From Octopus sinensis (lineage: Eukaryota), in assembly GCF_006345805.1 (NCBI RefSeq), contig NC_043011.1, forward strand, positions 60,090,464-60,154,463: 64,000 bases of DNA, written 5' to 3'. The position numbers and the translations under genes are program-made. How positions within the stretch are numbered: position 1 is the stretch's first letter; each line of letters begins with the position of its first letter. Below are positions 49,771-62,561 of the stretch, one piece after another. Below the pieces are notes generated by a model, which had not been told where the DNA came from, ran no database searches, and saw nothing but the letters and a program-made list of their open reading frames with translations.

Positions 49771-51921
49771 TGCATTAGATATAAAAATTTCATGGATGTT
49801 TAATGTTTGCAACACTTTCAGTTCTTAAAAACTTTTGTTCTCAAATAGCTGATGCCCACAGAATACACCCACAGTTTGTTTGTAAATGTATACTCTCTCT
49901 TTTACTCTCTTTTTACTTGTTTCAGTCATTTGACTGTGGCCATGCTGGAGCACTGCCTTTAGTCGAGCAAATCGACCCCAGGACTTATTCTTTGTAAGCT
50001 TGGTACTTATTTTATCAGTCTCTTTTGCCGAACTGCTAAGTTATGGGGACGTAAACACACCAGCATCGGTCATCAAGCTATGTTGGGGCAACAAACACAG
50101 ACACACAAACATATACATACACACACACACACATATATATACAACGGGCTTCTTTCAGTTTCCGTCTACCAAGCCACTCCTAATTGTGTATGCAAAAAAC
50201 ATCATTAGATGTAAAAAGGATTTAAGAAATTTAATTCATGAAGGTTAAAAAAAATAAACTAATCCAAATCATTTGTACACATTACTGTAAGTATGTTCAT
50301 AACAAAGTAGTTATTCAGATGAAAAGGGATTTGAAATATATCATCTCCAACTGAAACTAACATCCCGTGTTTAGATTCTTCAGATGATGGCTATTTTGCC
50401 AACAACCCTTTCACTACATTTTTAATTCAGTTCAAGTACCAGAAGAATGCCTTGTGGTGTTTAGTTACAGTTATTTACATTCTGAGTTCATGAGTTCAAA
50501 TCTCGTTGAAGTCAACTATGCCTTTCATCCTTGAGGGGTTGAAAACAAAGTACCAGTTAACTACTGAGGTTGAATTAATTTTATTCAGTTACAGTCTATT
50601 CATTTGTTTCTTCTACATCTATCTTTCTATTCTAGTATGGGTTAGATGACTATATCATCAAAGTATTAATTTACAGCTGGATGCCCTTCCTGTCACTAAC
50701 TATTAAATGCTTGCCAAGCAAGGAGGGATCTCTTATTTCACACATCCTCAAAGGATATTGTCCAATGTGGTTTTTATCCCTTTTTTTCCCTTTTTTAAGG
50801 ATATTTGGCTGCTGTATCTACTAGGTTAAATGACCACATAGATATTCTCTTGTCAGCACATACAACAATCTAACAGGTTAAACAACCATGTAGGAGTTAA
50901 ATAAAGGGCATTTAGGTCTGATCTGACAATGTTGGACTTCACAATTGAAGTGACATAGAAGTGACATACATGATGAACATGTTGCACTGCTGACCTTCTA
51001 GAACCATGTAAAAACAAAGCAACACCATGATGATAATGATGATGATGAGTGCAAGCAAATCCATTAATTGATTTTTTTTTTTATTAATATAACTAGAAAA
51101 ACGTCTTTAAAAGAAAGCAATTACTGAACTGTAATTGTATAGAAGAAACAAAAAGGGAGATAATGTTGCCATTGTGTTACGTATTCCTTTCACAGATCTT
51201 TGCAACCACCATTAAGCTGTATTCGGTTCTCTGTATTTCCTTTACTACAACCTCCACACTTCTGTAAATATCAATTCTACACTACCCAGTCAGAAATAGC
51301 AACCAAATCTTTCTCATATCATACCCAGCTACTTCAAAAATGAGGAGAAAATGTTTTGGATAATGGGGTCCTAAATACATTATACTTAAAAACGAAAAAC
51401 AAAATGAAATTACTATGGTTGGAATACCTTTTATTACAGGCCCACACAATCAAGTCTGACCTGGGGTTAAAAACTAACGACCTGTTGAGAATATGAAAAA
51501 TAATTTGAACATAAGAAAAAGAAATGTAACCAAATACCCAAAAGGTATTTTGGCTGATGCGCCACCAATTCTGTCAAGCTACTGTCTAAAAGTTATGAAA
51601 GATAGAAACATTATGCTAATCAAAAAGTTATATGTATCTGCATGGCACCCTGGGCATGTATTTTCTTCTATAGTGCCACATCAACCAAAGCTTTGACTGT
51701 GTGTGTGTGTCTTCATGTTTGTATTTGTCCCCTACCACTGTTTGACAACCGGTGTTGGTTTGTTCATGTCCCCATAACTTAGCAGTTCAACAAAAGAGAC
51801 CAATAGAATAGGTACTATAAGTAAAAGGTAAGTACTGGGGGAGCAATTTGTTCAACTTAACCTTGTTTAGGTGGTGCTCCAGCATGGTTACAGTCCAATG
51901 ACTGAAACAGGTAAAAGATAC

Positions 51922-51954
<33 letters not shown>

Positions 51955-52200
51955 ATACATATATATATATGTGTGTATAGTAATAAATTCTCATATATTC
52001 CATCTTTCGTTTGCCATATATATATATATATATATTATATTAAATTAGAGACAAAACCACTATTATGCAAATCAAACAAAGGAAGACTTAAGCCAATACA
52101 TAAAATAATTTATATAATATAATATTTTACTATAAAATTGGATTCAATCCTAAATCTGATTTTCCCTTTAAATTGGGATTTATTCCCTAATATTTATTAT

Positions 52201-52265
<65 letters not shown>

Positions 52266-52284
52266 CATACATACATACATACAT

Positions 52285-52332
<48 letters not shown>

Positions 52333-53423
52333 GTATATATATATAGGTGATAACACAAACCAAAGTCTTTCTTTCTATGAAAGCCAGAAGAAGAGAATTA
52401 AGACAGTAATTATGAGAATGATCCGATATTATATTATATACAATTGCCCCACCCCCAATCTCATCCTTTTCTAGTTGTTTTCCTGCTAAATAATGGAATT
52501 TAGAGCTTACATTAAGATGTGGGCTATTTCTCTTAGGGGATAAAATCAATCTTTGCAAAAGGAATTCACCAGATTTTCTTTCTATTCAAAGAACACAGTA
52601 ATTCTATTTCCATCTGACTTTTGAGATAAGGATTCCTTATCTGATGTTTAAATCAGGAATCCATTCACTTTGTCATAATAAAGCTGTGTTGAAAAGTCCT
52701 CAATTTACAGTGCTGAACTCTCCTGCATTATATATTACACAAAAGCCAACTAGAGAGCCCCTATTTGATAACAAGAGCTGCCAAAAATAACAGCTATATT
52801 TTTCTTAAATCATGCCTTCCCATCTAAAAAAGAAAAAATGGAAAAAAGAATGCATAAAGTCATAGGAGAGCTTCAATATAGAAATTCAACCTGTTAGAAT
52901 TGAAATAACAACCAAATTCCTTCAAATATCATCCAACTGTATAACTAAGAGAAGGACACATTGGATAGCATAATTCTAGACCTTATGAAAAGATGGGTTG
53001 CAGAATCAAATTTGACATGATTCTTAATTGCAACAAAAATAAAAAAAAAGACCATATGATCTTACATAGGTTATACTTGGAGAGATACAATTGACTGGAT
53101 GGTCATGGATTGATGACAGCCTTTGAGTTTTGGCCAACTCTTATAAGGGTTGACCTGGGAACGAACAACAAAACAAAACGAACAGTATCTCTAGAATTGA
53201 CACAGCAGTTATTTTACATTTTCAATCAATGACACATAGAAACGGAATGGGAAAGAACCATGATTATGACATGAGAAATGGAGTCTCCATCGATCTGTCA
53301 TTCTAGCTGTTATTCTCTGTTTGGTTATTACCTCTTATACGTCCTCTAAATTGGAAGTATAATTTGGCCACTGTTTCCAATGAAAAGAGTTGTGATTATG
53401 TTGTCATTTCTGTTTCAATATAG

Positions 53424-53570
53424 TTTTATCTTCTTCAATGATAACAAACAGGAATTATCAATTTACTTTATGAATGATGTAATATTAGAAATTATCTTTC
53501 GACTTTGCCAACTGAAAACTGACAAGCTAAGTGTTATTTCTGAATTCCTTAAGGAATTGGAGTCTAAATT
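53424..53570 (+). CDS. Candidate coding exon (147 nt, phase 2-2), unknown product
   Basis: Acceptor catttctgtttcaatatag, frame FIFFNDNKQELSIYFMNDVILEIIFRLCQLKTDKLSVISEFLKELESK and donor TT|GTATGT. Confidence 0.3.
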
Positions 53571-54702
53571 GTATGTTTCAGATTTTTATTTAAATTGGGG
53601 AGTGTACTGGCTGACAGCAGAAGAGGTCATTAATAAGATTGGTCGAGGGAAACAAAGGTTAAATTCTCAAATGTATCTAAATGGATAAAACTGACCATCA
53701 AAATAGATACTGGAATTGATATTTGAAATATTGGTTTCAAATTTTGACACAAGGCTGGAAATTTTGGGGGAGGGGTTAAATCAATTACCCCAAACCCAAT
53801 GCTCAACTGGAGCTTATTTTATCAACCATGGAAGGATGTAAGGTAAAATCGACTTCAGCAGAATTTGAACTCAGAACAAAATATCACTAAGGATTTTGTT
53901 TGGTACTGAGGCAGATTTTCTATGCCTGGGTACACTTCCTGTTGACAACCCTCACCTGTTTCCAAGTAAGGTAATAATACTATCCCAAAGTTAGACATAT
54001 TTTTCATGAAAAACTGGATATTAAGGGAATCCACATGTGTGACAAGGACATTTGTTTATAATTATCCAGTGATATCAGTACACAGACATGCAAAATCAGA
54101 CACATATATGAAAGAGTACGCTCCGACATACACAAGCATGCATGCACGTACTCTCTCTCTCTTTCTCTCTTGCACGCACGCACACACACACAAAAGCTAA
54201 ATATTAAGATTAAATAACATCAAAAGTTAGAGTAGATGGATAAAGTTTAGAACATTTTGTTTATTAATTTGCTGAAGATGTATAGAAGCATGGGGTAATA
54301 GCAGGAGAGTGTGAACATCACATAAATACTGCATTGTGGTATTTAGTTATATTCTTTAATTCTCTGAGTTCAAATCTCATTGAAGGCAATTGAATAAATA
54401 CCAGTCAAATACTGAGGGTCATATAATCAACTTTTATCTTCCCAAATGAGTATGGAAGATTCCTAGTTGATGGATGTATAGGAACGGATGTTATATAAGT
54501 TGCACTTGACAGAAGCAAACGTGTATGTAAAAGTAAGAACATCATTGGCAATCAGCACAAAGTTTAAATATACAACCATTTTTCATCTTACTACAAAGAA
54601 GACAATATGTACCAATAATATAATTGGGTTTTTCAACTGACTGCACCCTTTCACTAACATAAATTTATCCTAGTCCCTCATCAACTGATAATATTGTTAA
54701 TA

Positions 54703-54769
<67 letters not shown>

Positions 54770-54785
54770 GTTAGAAATAGAAAAA

Positions 54786-54827
54786 GTCTTTTACGTTTCG
54801 AGCCTACGCTCTTCTATAGAAAGGGAC
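54786..54827 (-). ncRNA. Degenerate/variant minimal hammerhead motif at the PLE 3' end
   Basis: cuuu-CUAUAGA-a-GAGC-guag-GCUC-GAAA-CG-UA-aaag. Stem II is perfect and stem III is the ACGU palindrome, but the first box is CUAUAGA instead of CUGANGA. Confidence 0.6.
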
Positions 54828-55689
54828 AAAGAAAAAAACAAGGAGAGAAAAAAAATGCGTGTAGGAGCTAACGATCTATCATGGCGTCCTGACTTCGGAC
54901 AGTGGTCAAACGCGAGAGGGACAGTGGGTCAAGTGACTTCCAATACGAAGGTGCCCCCGACACAAAGGTGCATGTGTGTATAAGAGAGTATGTATGTGCG
55001 TGTGAAAGAGGGCTGGAGGTCTGGACGTGTGTGTGTATGTGTGGGTGTGGAGATGTGGGGATGGGTGTGTGTGTGGTGTGTTGCGATGTGATATGTGTAT
55101 GTATGTGTAGGTGTAAAGATGTGGGGATGGGTGTGTGGGCGGTGGGGATGGGTGTGTGGGCGGTGGGGATGGGTGTGTGGGCGGATTGCTGTGGGTGGTG
55201 TGTTGTGATGTGATGTGTAATGTTGTATGGTGTAGTGTAGTGTGATGTTGTGGGGAGGTGGGGGAGGCGAGAGTGGGGAAAACACAGGTGCGGTGGGTGA
55301 GGTAGGTAGGGGAGGGTGTAGTGTAGAATAGGGGAAGGATAGGGAAGGTGGAGTAGGGGTGGGTGGGTTTATGGGGAGGGGAAGGTGGGTATATGAGGAG
55401 AGAGAGGAGAGAAGGAGAGAAGAGAGAAGAGAGGGTGCGTGGGGGATGGGGGGAGAGAAGAGAGGAGATGGGAGGAGAGGAGGAGGGGAGAGAGGAGAGA
55501 GGAGGGGGGTGAGGGGGAGAAGGAGGGGGAGTGAGGGAGCAGAGAGAAAGAGAGAAGGGAAGAGGGAAGAAGAGAAAAGAAGAGGGAGAAGGGGAAGAAG
55601 GGAAAGAAGGGAAGAAGATGGAAAGAGAGTAGGGGTGAAAAGATGTAGGAGTGAAGAGAAGTAGGAATCGGGGAGGAGGTTAGATGAAA

Positions 55690-56736
55690 AGGGGGGAGAA
55701 TTGAGCCCAAATGGCATAGAAGAGCGAAGAGAGAAGATTAATCCCTGTTCACAGCACAAGCGGGAATCTGGATGGCCTCTGTGCAAGGACAATCCGAACA
55801 CAGACAGGTGTTGCAAGGAGTGACCGGTGGAGTGGAAATGGCATGAGACTGGAGTGTCATTGGTGAGGTGGATGTCTTGGAGGTGTTCCACGATCCGGTC
55901 AGCCAAGCGGCGTCCCGTTTGTCCGATGTACAGGGAATGGCAGAGAGAGCAGGAGATGCAATAGATGATATTGCTGGAGGTGCCGGTGAAGGAGTTGATG
56001 ATGCGATAGGGTCGATGATGGGTGCCAGTGAGGAGGGTGGTGTTGGAGAGGTAAGGGCAAGTGCAGCAACGTGGGCGGGAGCAGGGGAACAAGCCAGGTT
56101 GGGAGGTAGGGTTGGGGAAGAAGCTGTGGATCAAGAGGTCTCGTAGGTTGTGGGCTTGTTTGAAGGAGGGGAGGGGTCGGTTAGGGAAGAGGTGTGAAGT
56201 GGACGGGTAGGACTGGAGATGCCAGAAAACTCGAAGAGTGGTGCGTTGGAGAGGTAGGGTGGTGGGGTGGTAAGTGAGGGGAAAAGGGAGGCGGGAGACT
56301 GCAGGGCAGGTTCGGGGGGAGAGAGCAGATGCACGGTCTATGGAACGTGCTCTGGCAAGGGCGGTGTGGATAGTAATGAGGGGGTATCCATGTAGGATGA
56401 AGTGGTGAGCCATGAGTTGAGATTAAGTCTCAAAGTAAAGTCATGGTCGTCACTACAGAGCCTATGTAGACGGAGGAATTGGGAATAGGGGATGGAAAGC
56501 TTGGTGTGTTTGGGGTGGGAGGAAGAGAAGTTTAGGTATAAGTGTGAGTCTGTGTGTTTGTAGTGAATGGAGGTGGTAAGAGTGGAGTGATGAATGCTGA
56601 CCGAAATGTCAAGAAAGGAGACAGAGGTGTTGGAGATAGTGCAGGTGAAGTGGAGGGCAGGATGGAAGGATTTAACGAAAGAGAGGAAGGAGTCTAGATG
56701 TTCACGGGAGAGTGAGGTGGCACCAATACAGTCGTC
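55690..56736 (-). pseudogene. Disrupted PLE RT-EN polyprotein fragment
   Basis: A 5-nt duplication (aaagt twice, 56432-56441) shifts the frame, and an in-frame TAA at 56423-56425 precedes MAHHFILHGYP. Confidence 0.9.
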
Positions 56737-57210
56737 ATATATATATACATAGTTAATCCAAACATGAAAACACAAAGAGAAAACAACAACATGAGGACGT
56801 GGAACAAGCATAGTGTTATTGGATGCTCATGAAAGGAAAGAAAGAAGATATATATATATATACTGCCACCCATACCTAGTATTCAATTGCAATATTGCTA
56901 TGCAATAGTAAGCACTTGGTTAAAATACATAGTTACACATCCAGTAGTATATTGGATATTTAATATTCCTGAGATGGTTTCTTAACAGAGATATGTGTGT
57001 AAATATATATATATATATATATGAAGTAAATTCAGTTAAATTAATCGTACATAAAAAGTAACTTGAGTAATTAATAAAGAATCCATAAATATGATTGGTG
57101 TGGGTGTATATATACATGCATATTGAGAAAACATGAAAATATACTTTCAATCAGACAATAATATTTAATTGACTTTTATTAAGTGATAATATAATTAATG
57201 CAATAATATA

Positions 57211-57244
<34 letters not shown>

Positions 57245-57254
57245 CTGTATAAAT

Positions 57255-57530
57255 CATGTGATTGACCAGACAATCAGATGCTGTTATACATCGCTGGTCA
57301 CAATGAGCTTTGCATCACTTTAGAATGATGCTACATGACTGGCAGGCAAGCAGGCTGACGTTCCCCTTGTTTGGATCATCGCAGGGTTACCCATTTACAA
57401 CTGAGGGAACTAACTGGAGCAATGGGAAATGAAGTGTTTTGCTCAAAAACACGACGTGCTGTTCGGTCTGGGAATTGAACTCATGACCACTAGATTGTGA
57501 GCTTAACACCCTAACCACTGGATCTTCATA
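57255..57530 (-). mobile_element. tRNA-derived SINE
   Basis: Reverse complement has tggttagggtgttaagctcac..gagttcaattccc and a 3' end similar to family D. Confidence 0.7.
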
Positions 57531-58236
57531 CACATACACACCTTATAATAGGCAGAGGCATCTCTGTGTGATTAAGATGTTCCCCTCAGAACCATGTGGT
57601 TTGGTAGGGGCTAACCACCACCACGTGCAGGTTGACTAAGATAATACCTTGAGAACAAAATTTAGTTGAGAGAAACCAGAAAAATTCCATTTTGTGTGTG
57701 TGTGTGTATGTGTGTGTCTGGATATATGTGTTAATTGTAAAAAGTGACTGGCAACATAAATGATGTCATTTGGTTGTGATCCTCTGAGAACATGACCAGA
57801 CTGTCCATTGTTTGATAGACTGTGGGAAATATTTACATGCTTAAAAACAGGTGATGGTTCATGACAGAAGGACATCTGGTTGTAGAAATATTCTATCTCA
57901 AAGAAGCCTTGTCTGACCCATGCAAAAATAGAAAAGCAGACATTATCATGGTATATGTATGTATATACACACACACACAGACTACTATATATACATATGT
58001 GTGTGTATGTATGTATGCATATATGTATGTAAATATATATTTATATAAATACATACACACATACATATATATATACACACATACACACACACACTATATA
58101 TATATACACACATACACACTATATATATATATATATATATAAATAGATATACATATATATTTCTTTCCATGCCCATAAGCCCATTTATTATATGCCATTA
58201 ATGTCACTGGAAAACATTCAATGGAGCCACACTTAC

Positions 58237-58341
58237 CAAAAGTAATTTTCTTGTGCTGTCAACATCTGGCATATTTTTACAAGATTCATCAACAGAAATA
58301 CGATAGCCAGAATTGAGACATGAGATGTCAACTGGAAACAT
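58237..58341 (-). CDS. Candidate first or internal coding exon (MFPVDISCLNSGYRISVDESCKNMPDVDSTRKLLL)
   Basis: In-frame ATG, an alternative acceptor tttccag at 58332-58338, and a consensus donor TTG|GTAAGT. Confidence 0.3.
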
Positions 58342-59894
58342 ATTTTTGCTTGGAGGAAGAGTGAAATATATAAAGAAAAAATGAACTAAAACAATGAGAG
58401 AAGCAACAAGAGAAGGTCGAAAGGTAGAAAGATATCAGGTGCATCATAGCTCTTACTACTACTGCTACTACATGATGTCGAAATATGAAGAGCAATAGGA
58501 CAGGGAAAAAGAAAATCAATCGAAAACTATCTTTGGTAAGAAAAGAAATAAGCAACAAGAGAATGGTTATGAGAAATAGTTTTAGTCTGAAGGAAGCGAC
58601 AGATAAAAATATCCAAGAAAGAATTTTACTGAATTCAGTTAGCATTTGATTTACAAACAAAAGAAGAAAAGGAAAAAAACGCAGACTAAAACAGGTTAGA
58701 AATTTTTAGAATGGCTATTTTTTAGATCCAAGATGAGAAAATAACACTTTAATGGAGCATAAAGTAAGGAAAATAAAATAAGAAAAGAAACTGGACCGCA
58801 TTGTACTACACACAAAGAATGACATAATTTATTGTCAAACAAACAATTTCCTGATATATAAGATAAATTCCAAGCAGTTAAGGAGTTTTTAAGCCTTCAA
58901 TGTGCAAGTTTAAATAGATGTGGATATATTTTGCTCTCACTTTGTAAAAAAAGAATAGATAGTTTTGACATGTTTTATACTAGGTTGGCCATTCAGTAGA
59001 AGATAAATACTCCTCACCATCCTGCCTAGAGAGAGAGAGAGAGAGAGCTTATGGTCAATTGCTATTTAACTCCATGACAAACTAGAAGTTAGCTGTAATG
59101 GCCAGACAAATTTTCATATTGTGCATTTGCCAGCAAACTGATTAAATAGTTAAGTAACATTTATGCACAAAACAGCATGTGCCAGTTTGTCACAGGTTTA
59201 AACAGTTATTGGGTATAAGCTCCCTTCATTAGCAAAGGAGGAATGAGAGGTACTTATTTTCTGAGGAATGGGTAACAAGCTGGGGGTGTTTGTCTCCCCT
59301 TCGTAAATATATAAGGACACAGGAAAAAAATGTGTCGAAGCCATCGGGAAGCGTCGATGTTTCCTAGGGCTAAACAGCGGTGGTGTAATCCCCTACTGTC
59401 ACGTTCACGTTAGATTGACAGTATACAACCAATTTATTTTACATTTTCTAAGATATTCACTGGTGTTGTACATAAATGTATATTAATTTCCTGACCTATT
59501 CTGCCAAAAATTCACATAGCTTGTTTCAACTTTGTAGCTTCTCATAAAATTAGAATTGTTTAAAGGAATTATATCCATCAAGATTATCATTTTTCTAACT
59601 GCCAACCTTGTTTTTACAAACTTTTTTATTTTTTAAGTTCAGGTTAATTTTTTTCTTTTAAAATATTCAATCCATTAAAAGTAACTCGCCTTAAACATTT
59701 AGGCATCAAAACGTTTAATGAGTTATTAGTATTGTATCTCATCAATGGTATAAGCTAGTCTGCATGACTGACAAGTTGGCTATTGAACCTCATAGATTCA
59801 GGTTCAATCCAGCTGTGCAGCACCCTGCGCAAATGTCTTCTACTTACACCCCAAGCCAATCAAAGTTTTGTGAGTAGATTTGTGTTTGTGTTTA

Positions 59895-60260
59895 TTCTTT
59901 TATTCTTTTACTTGTTTCAGTCATTTGATTGTGGCCATGCTGGAGCACAGCTTTTACTCAAACAAATCAACCCCAGGACTTATTCTTTATAAGCCTGGTA
60001 CTTATTCTATCAGTCCCTTTTGCTGAACTGCTAAGTTATGGGGACATAAGCTCACCAACATCGATTGTCAAGTGATGGTGGGGGGCAAACACACACACAC
60101 ACATACAACAGGCTTCTTTCAGTTTCTGTTTACCAAATCCACTGACAAAGCTTTGTTTGGCCTGAGGCTATAGTAGGAGACACCTGCCCAAGGTGCCATG
60201 CAGTGGGACTGAACCAGTAACCAAGTGGTTGGTTAGCAAGCTACTTACCATACAGCCACT
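59895..60260 (-). mobile_element. Family A SINE, full length
   Basis: Both conserved halves and the CA tract are present. Confidence 0.85.
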
Positions 60261-62169
60261 CCAGTGCATAAATATCAGTGTCCCTGGTGTATATACATAT
60301 ATATCTCATCATTATTGTTTAGCATCTGCTTTCCATGCTGTCATGGGTTAGACAGTTTGACTGAAACTGGTAAGCCATATCAGGTTCTAATCTGATTTGG
60401 CATGGTTTCTACGGCTGGATGCCCTTCCTCACACCAACCACTCCAAGAATGTAATGGGTGCTTTTTATGTGCCAGTTATGTGACATCGGCATTGGCCACA
60501 ACTATGATTTCACCTGGCTTGACACTTTTCAACACATACACAGTCATATATATGTATATGAATGTATGTGTCAGTTTTGACAGACTAGTTGTTAGAAATC
60601 TTCTAATACAAGAATTAATAGAAAAAAAAAAAAAATGTTACATTTCTAGCTCTAAGACTAAGTCATTCTTATTTTTATGAAATTTTTAGGAATTCATAAG
60701 AAATTAAAAGTATTAAGCAAGAAGGCAACAAGAACAACATGCTAAGCTATAAGCATTACTTACAACATCTATTTTCTTTAAATAAATAAGTTTTTAATAA
60801 AATGAACATTTTTGAATTTCAAGTTTCAAATGGCAGCCTAGATTAACTCTTATTATTAAACCATTCTTCTGCTCTTTGCAGAAATATGATAATGCATTGC
60901 TGTTCCATTTCTAATCAGCAGTTTAAACTAATTCTGAAAAATTTCTTTTGTTAAGAAAAAAAAAAAAAACATGTTGAGAAAAGAAAGTGAAAAATATTTC
61001 CAGTAGCTTTATCAAGTAACATATTTTCCTCTCCAAGAAATTATGTTTCATATATATATATATATGTGCATGTGGTTCTAAGTATGTAAACATACATTAC
61101 TATTTGAATTACATCACTGAAGACTTTCTACTCCTTGCTGCGACTGACTGCTAATGTTGCTATGCGATTCATTAGCTACACATCTGCTTTCTACACATTA
61201 ACATGAAGGATGGAATTTTTCTTCAAAATTTATTTGAAAACTTGATAGCTGTCACTGTCATTTAACATAGATTCTTTGAACTTTATCTGATAAACACTGA
61301 TACTATAATTCTGAAGAAAGGATCTCACATATTCTATATGATATAGCAACTCTTCAAACAAGCTTAAACAGCATGCGACATTGAGTAACATTCTTTAGCA
61401 TAAAAGATTTACAACATATGATGCATGATGTCCTGGAAATTACATTATTAATAAATTAGTTATAAAGTTATTCAAAAGGAGATTATGGAAGTATGTTTGA
61501 AATTATCAAGATGGCAAGAGAATATAGTCGCGTGTATCCTTTTACAGGTTTGAGCCACTGGAATCTGGCCATAATTGCATACTGCCTTCAAGTGACTTTC
61601 TTTCTTATTAAGTCGGGCCTCCATCGATCAAGGTTTACTATGCATTTGCACATGCTTCCACAAAGCTGGGGAAGATTGTTTGGGAGGAAAACAAGCAGTT
61701 ACCCATATATATTCTCCTTTCCACACAATTGATGTTTACTCAAAGGAAAGACAAACAACTCAAGCCATATCACTTGGCACCACTGCAGTCGCAGGCATTG
61801 CTACCAGAATGCAAAAGCCACAACAGACACTGCTAATAATCTTTCTCTGACACTTTATAAGTTCTGTCAATCCACTGCCTTAGATTGGCAAAGTTGATCT
61901 TGGCAGGATTTGAACTCAAAGCAAAAAGAATTGGAACAAATACCACATGGTATTCTATCCAACACTCTAAAGACTGTCAATTTCCATTCTTCCAAGTTGC
62001 TTATTTATTCAAACACACAGACATATATATATACTACAATGCTTATTTCATAACAGAACCTACTTAATCACTGCATGGTGCTTTTACGTGTGACTAAGTT
62101 ACTTTTTAGCATCAAAAATGCAACTCAGTATAATGTTTTACACTCATACACACATACATAATACATATA

Positions 62170-62561
62170 AACATCATACTTGTTTCAGTCATTTGACTGT
62201 GGCCATGCTGGAGCAGTGCCTTTCATCAAGCAAATTGACCCCAGAGTTTATTCTTTGTAAGCGTAGTACTTATTCGATCGGTGTCTTTTGCCAAACCACT
62301 AAGTTACTGGGACATAAACACCAACATTGGTTGTCAAGCGATGTTGGGGGAACAAACACAGACACACACAGACACACACACACACACACACATATACATA
62401 TATATGACAGGCTTCTTTCAGCTTCCATCTACCAAATCCACTCACAAGGCTTTGGTTGGACTGAGACTATAGTAGAAGATATTTGCTCAAGGTGCCATGC
62501 AGTGGGACTGAACCCAGGACCATGTGGTTGGTAAAGAAGTTACTTACCACACAGCCACTCC
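62170..62561 (-). mobile_element. Family A SINE, full length
   Basis: Both conserved halves and the CA tract are present. Confidence 0.85.

Larger units (their letters stand above)
54770..56750 (-). mobile_element. 5'-truncated Penelope-like element, Neptune type (RT C-terminus, Cys linker, GIY-YIG endonuclease, long 3' region), between (TA)n tracts
   Basis: RT/thumb: DDCIG..FLSFVKSFHPALHFT..VSFLDISV..HYKHTDSHLYLNFSSSHP..SIPYSQFLRL. Linker: PCSRPRCCTC. Endonuclease: IIYCISCSLC..YIGQTGRRLADRIVEHL..EQGLIFSL..PFGLN. Confidence 0.95.

Noticed and set aside
50862-52490. Several minus-strand exon-like segments (e.g. KVSSATCSSCMSLLCHFNC at about 51000, KCGGCSK at about 51250, GKQLEKDEIGGGAIVY at about 52480) as DGK C1a exons
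   Set aside because: Cys/His spacing or sequence does not match KCAACKIVVHTPC, frames hit stops, and phases do not chain.
54929-55690. C-terminal half of the 494-aa ORF as real protein
   Set aside because: Low-complexity L/S/P/H/T read-through of a pyrimidine-rich and CA-repeat tract after the GIY-YIG domain.
59300-59330. TATA-like tatataagg as a promoter
   Set aside because: Such motifs are ubiquitous in this AT-rich sequence, and there is no independent support.
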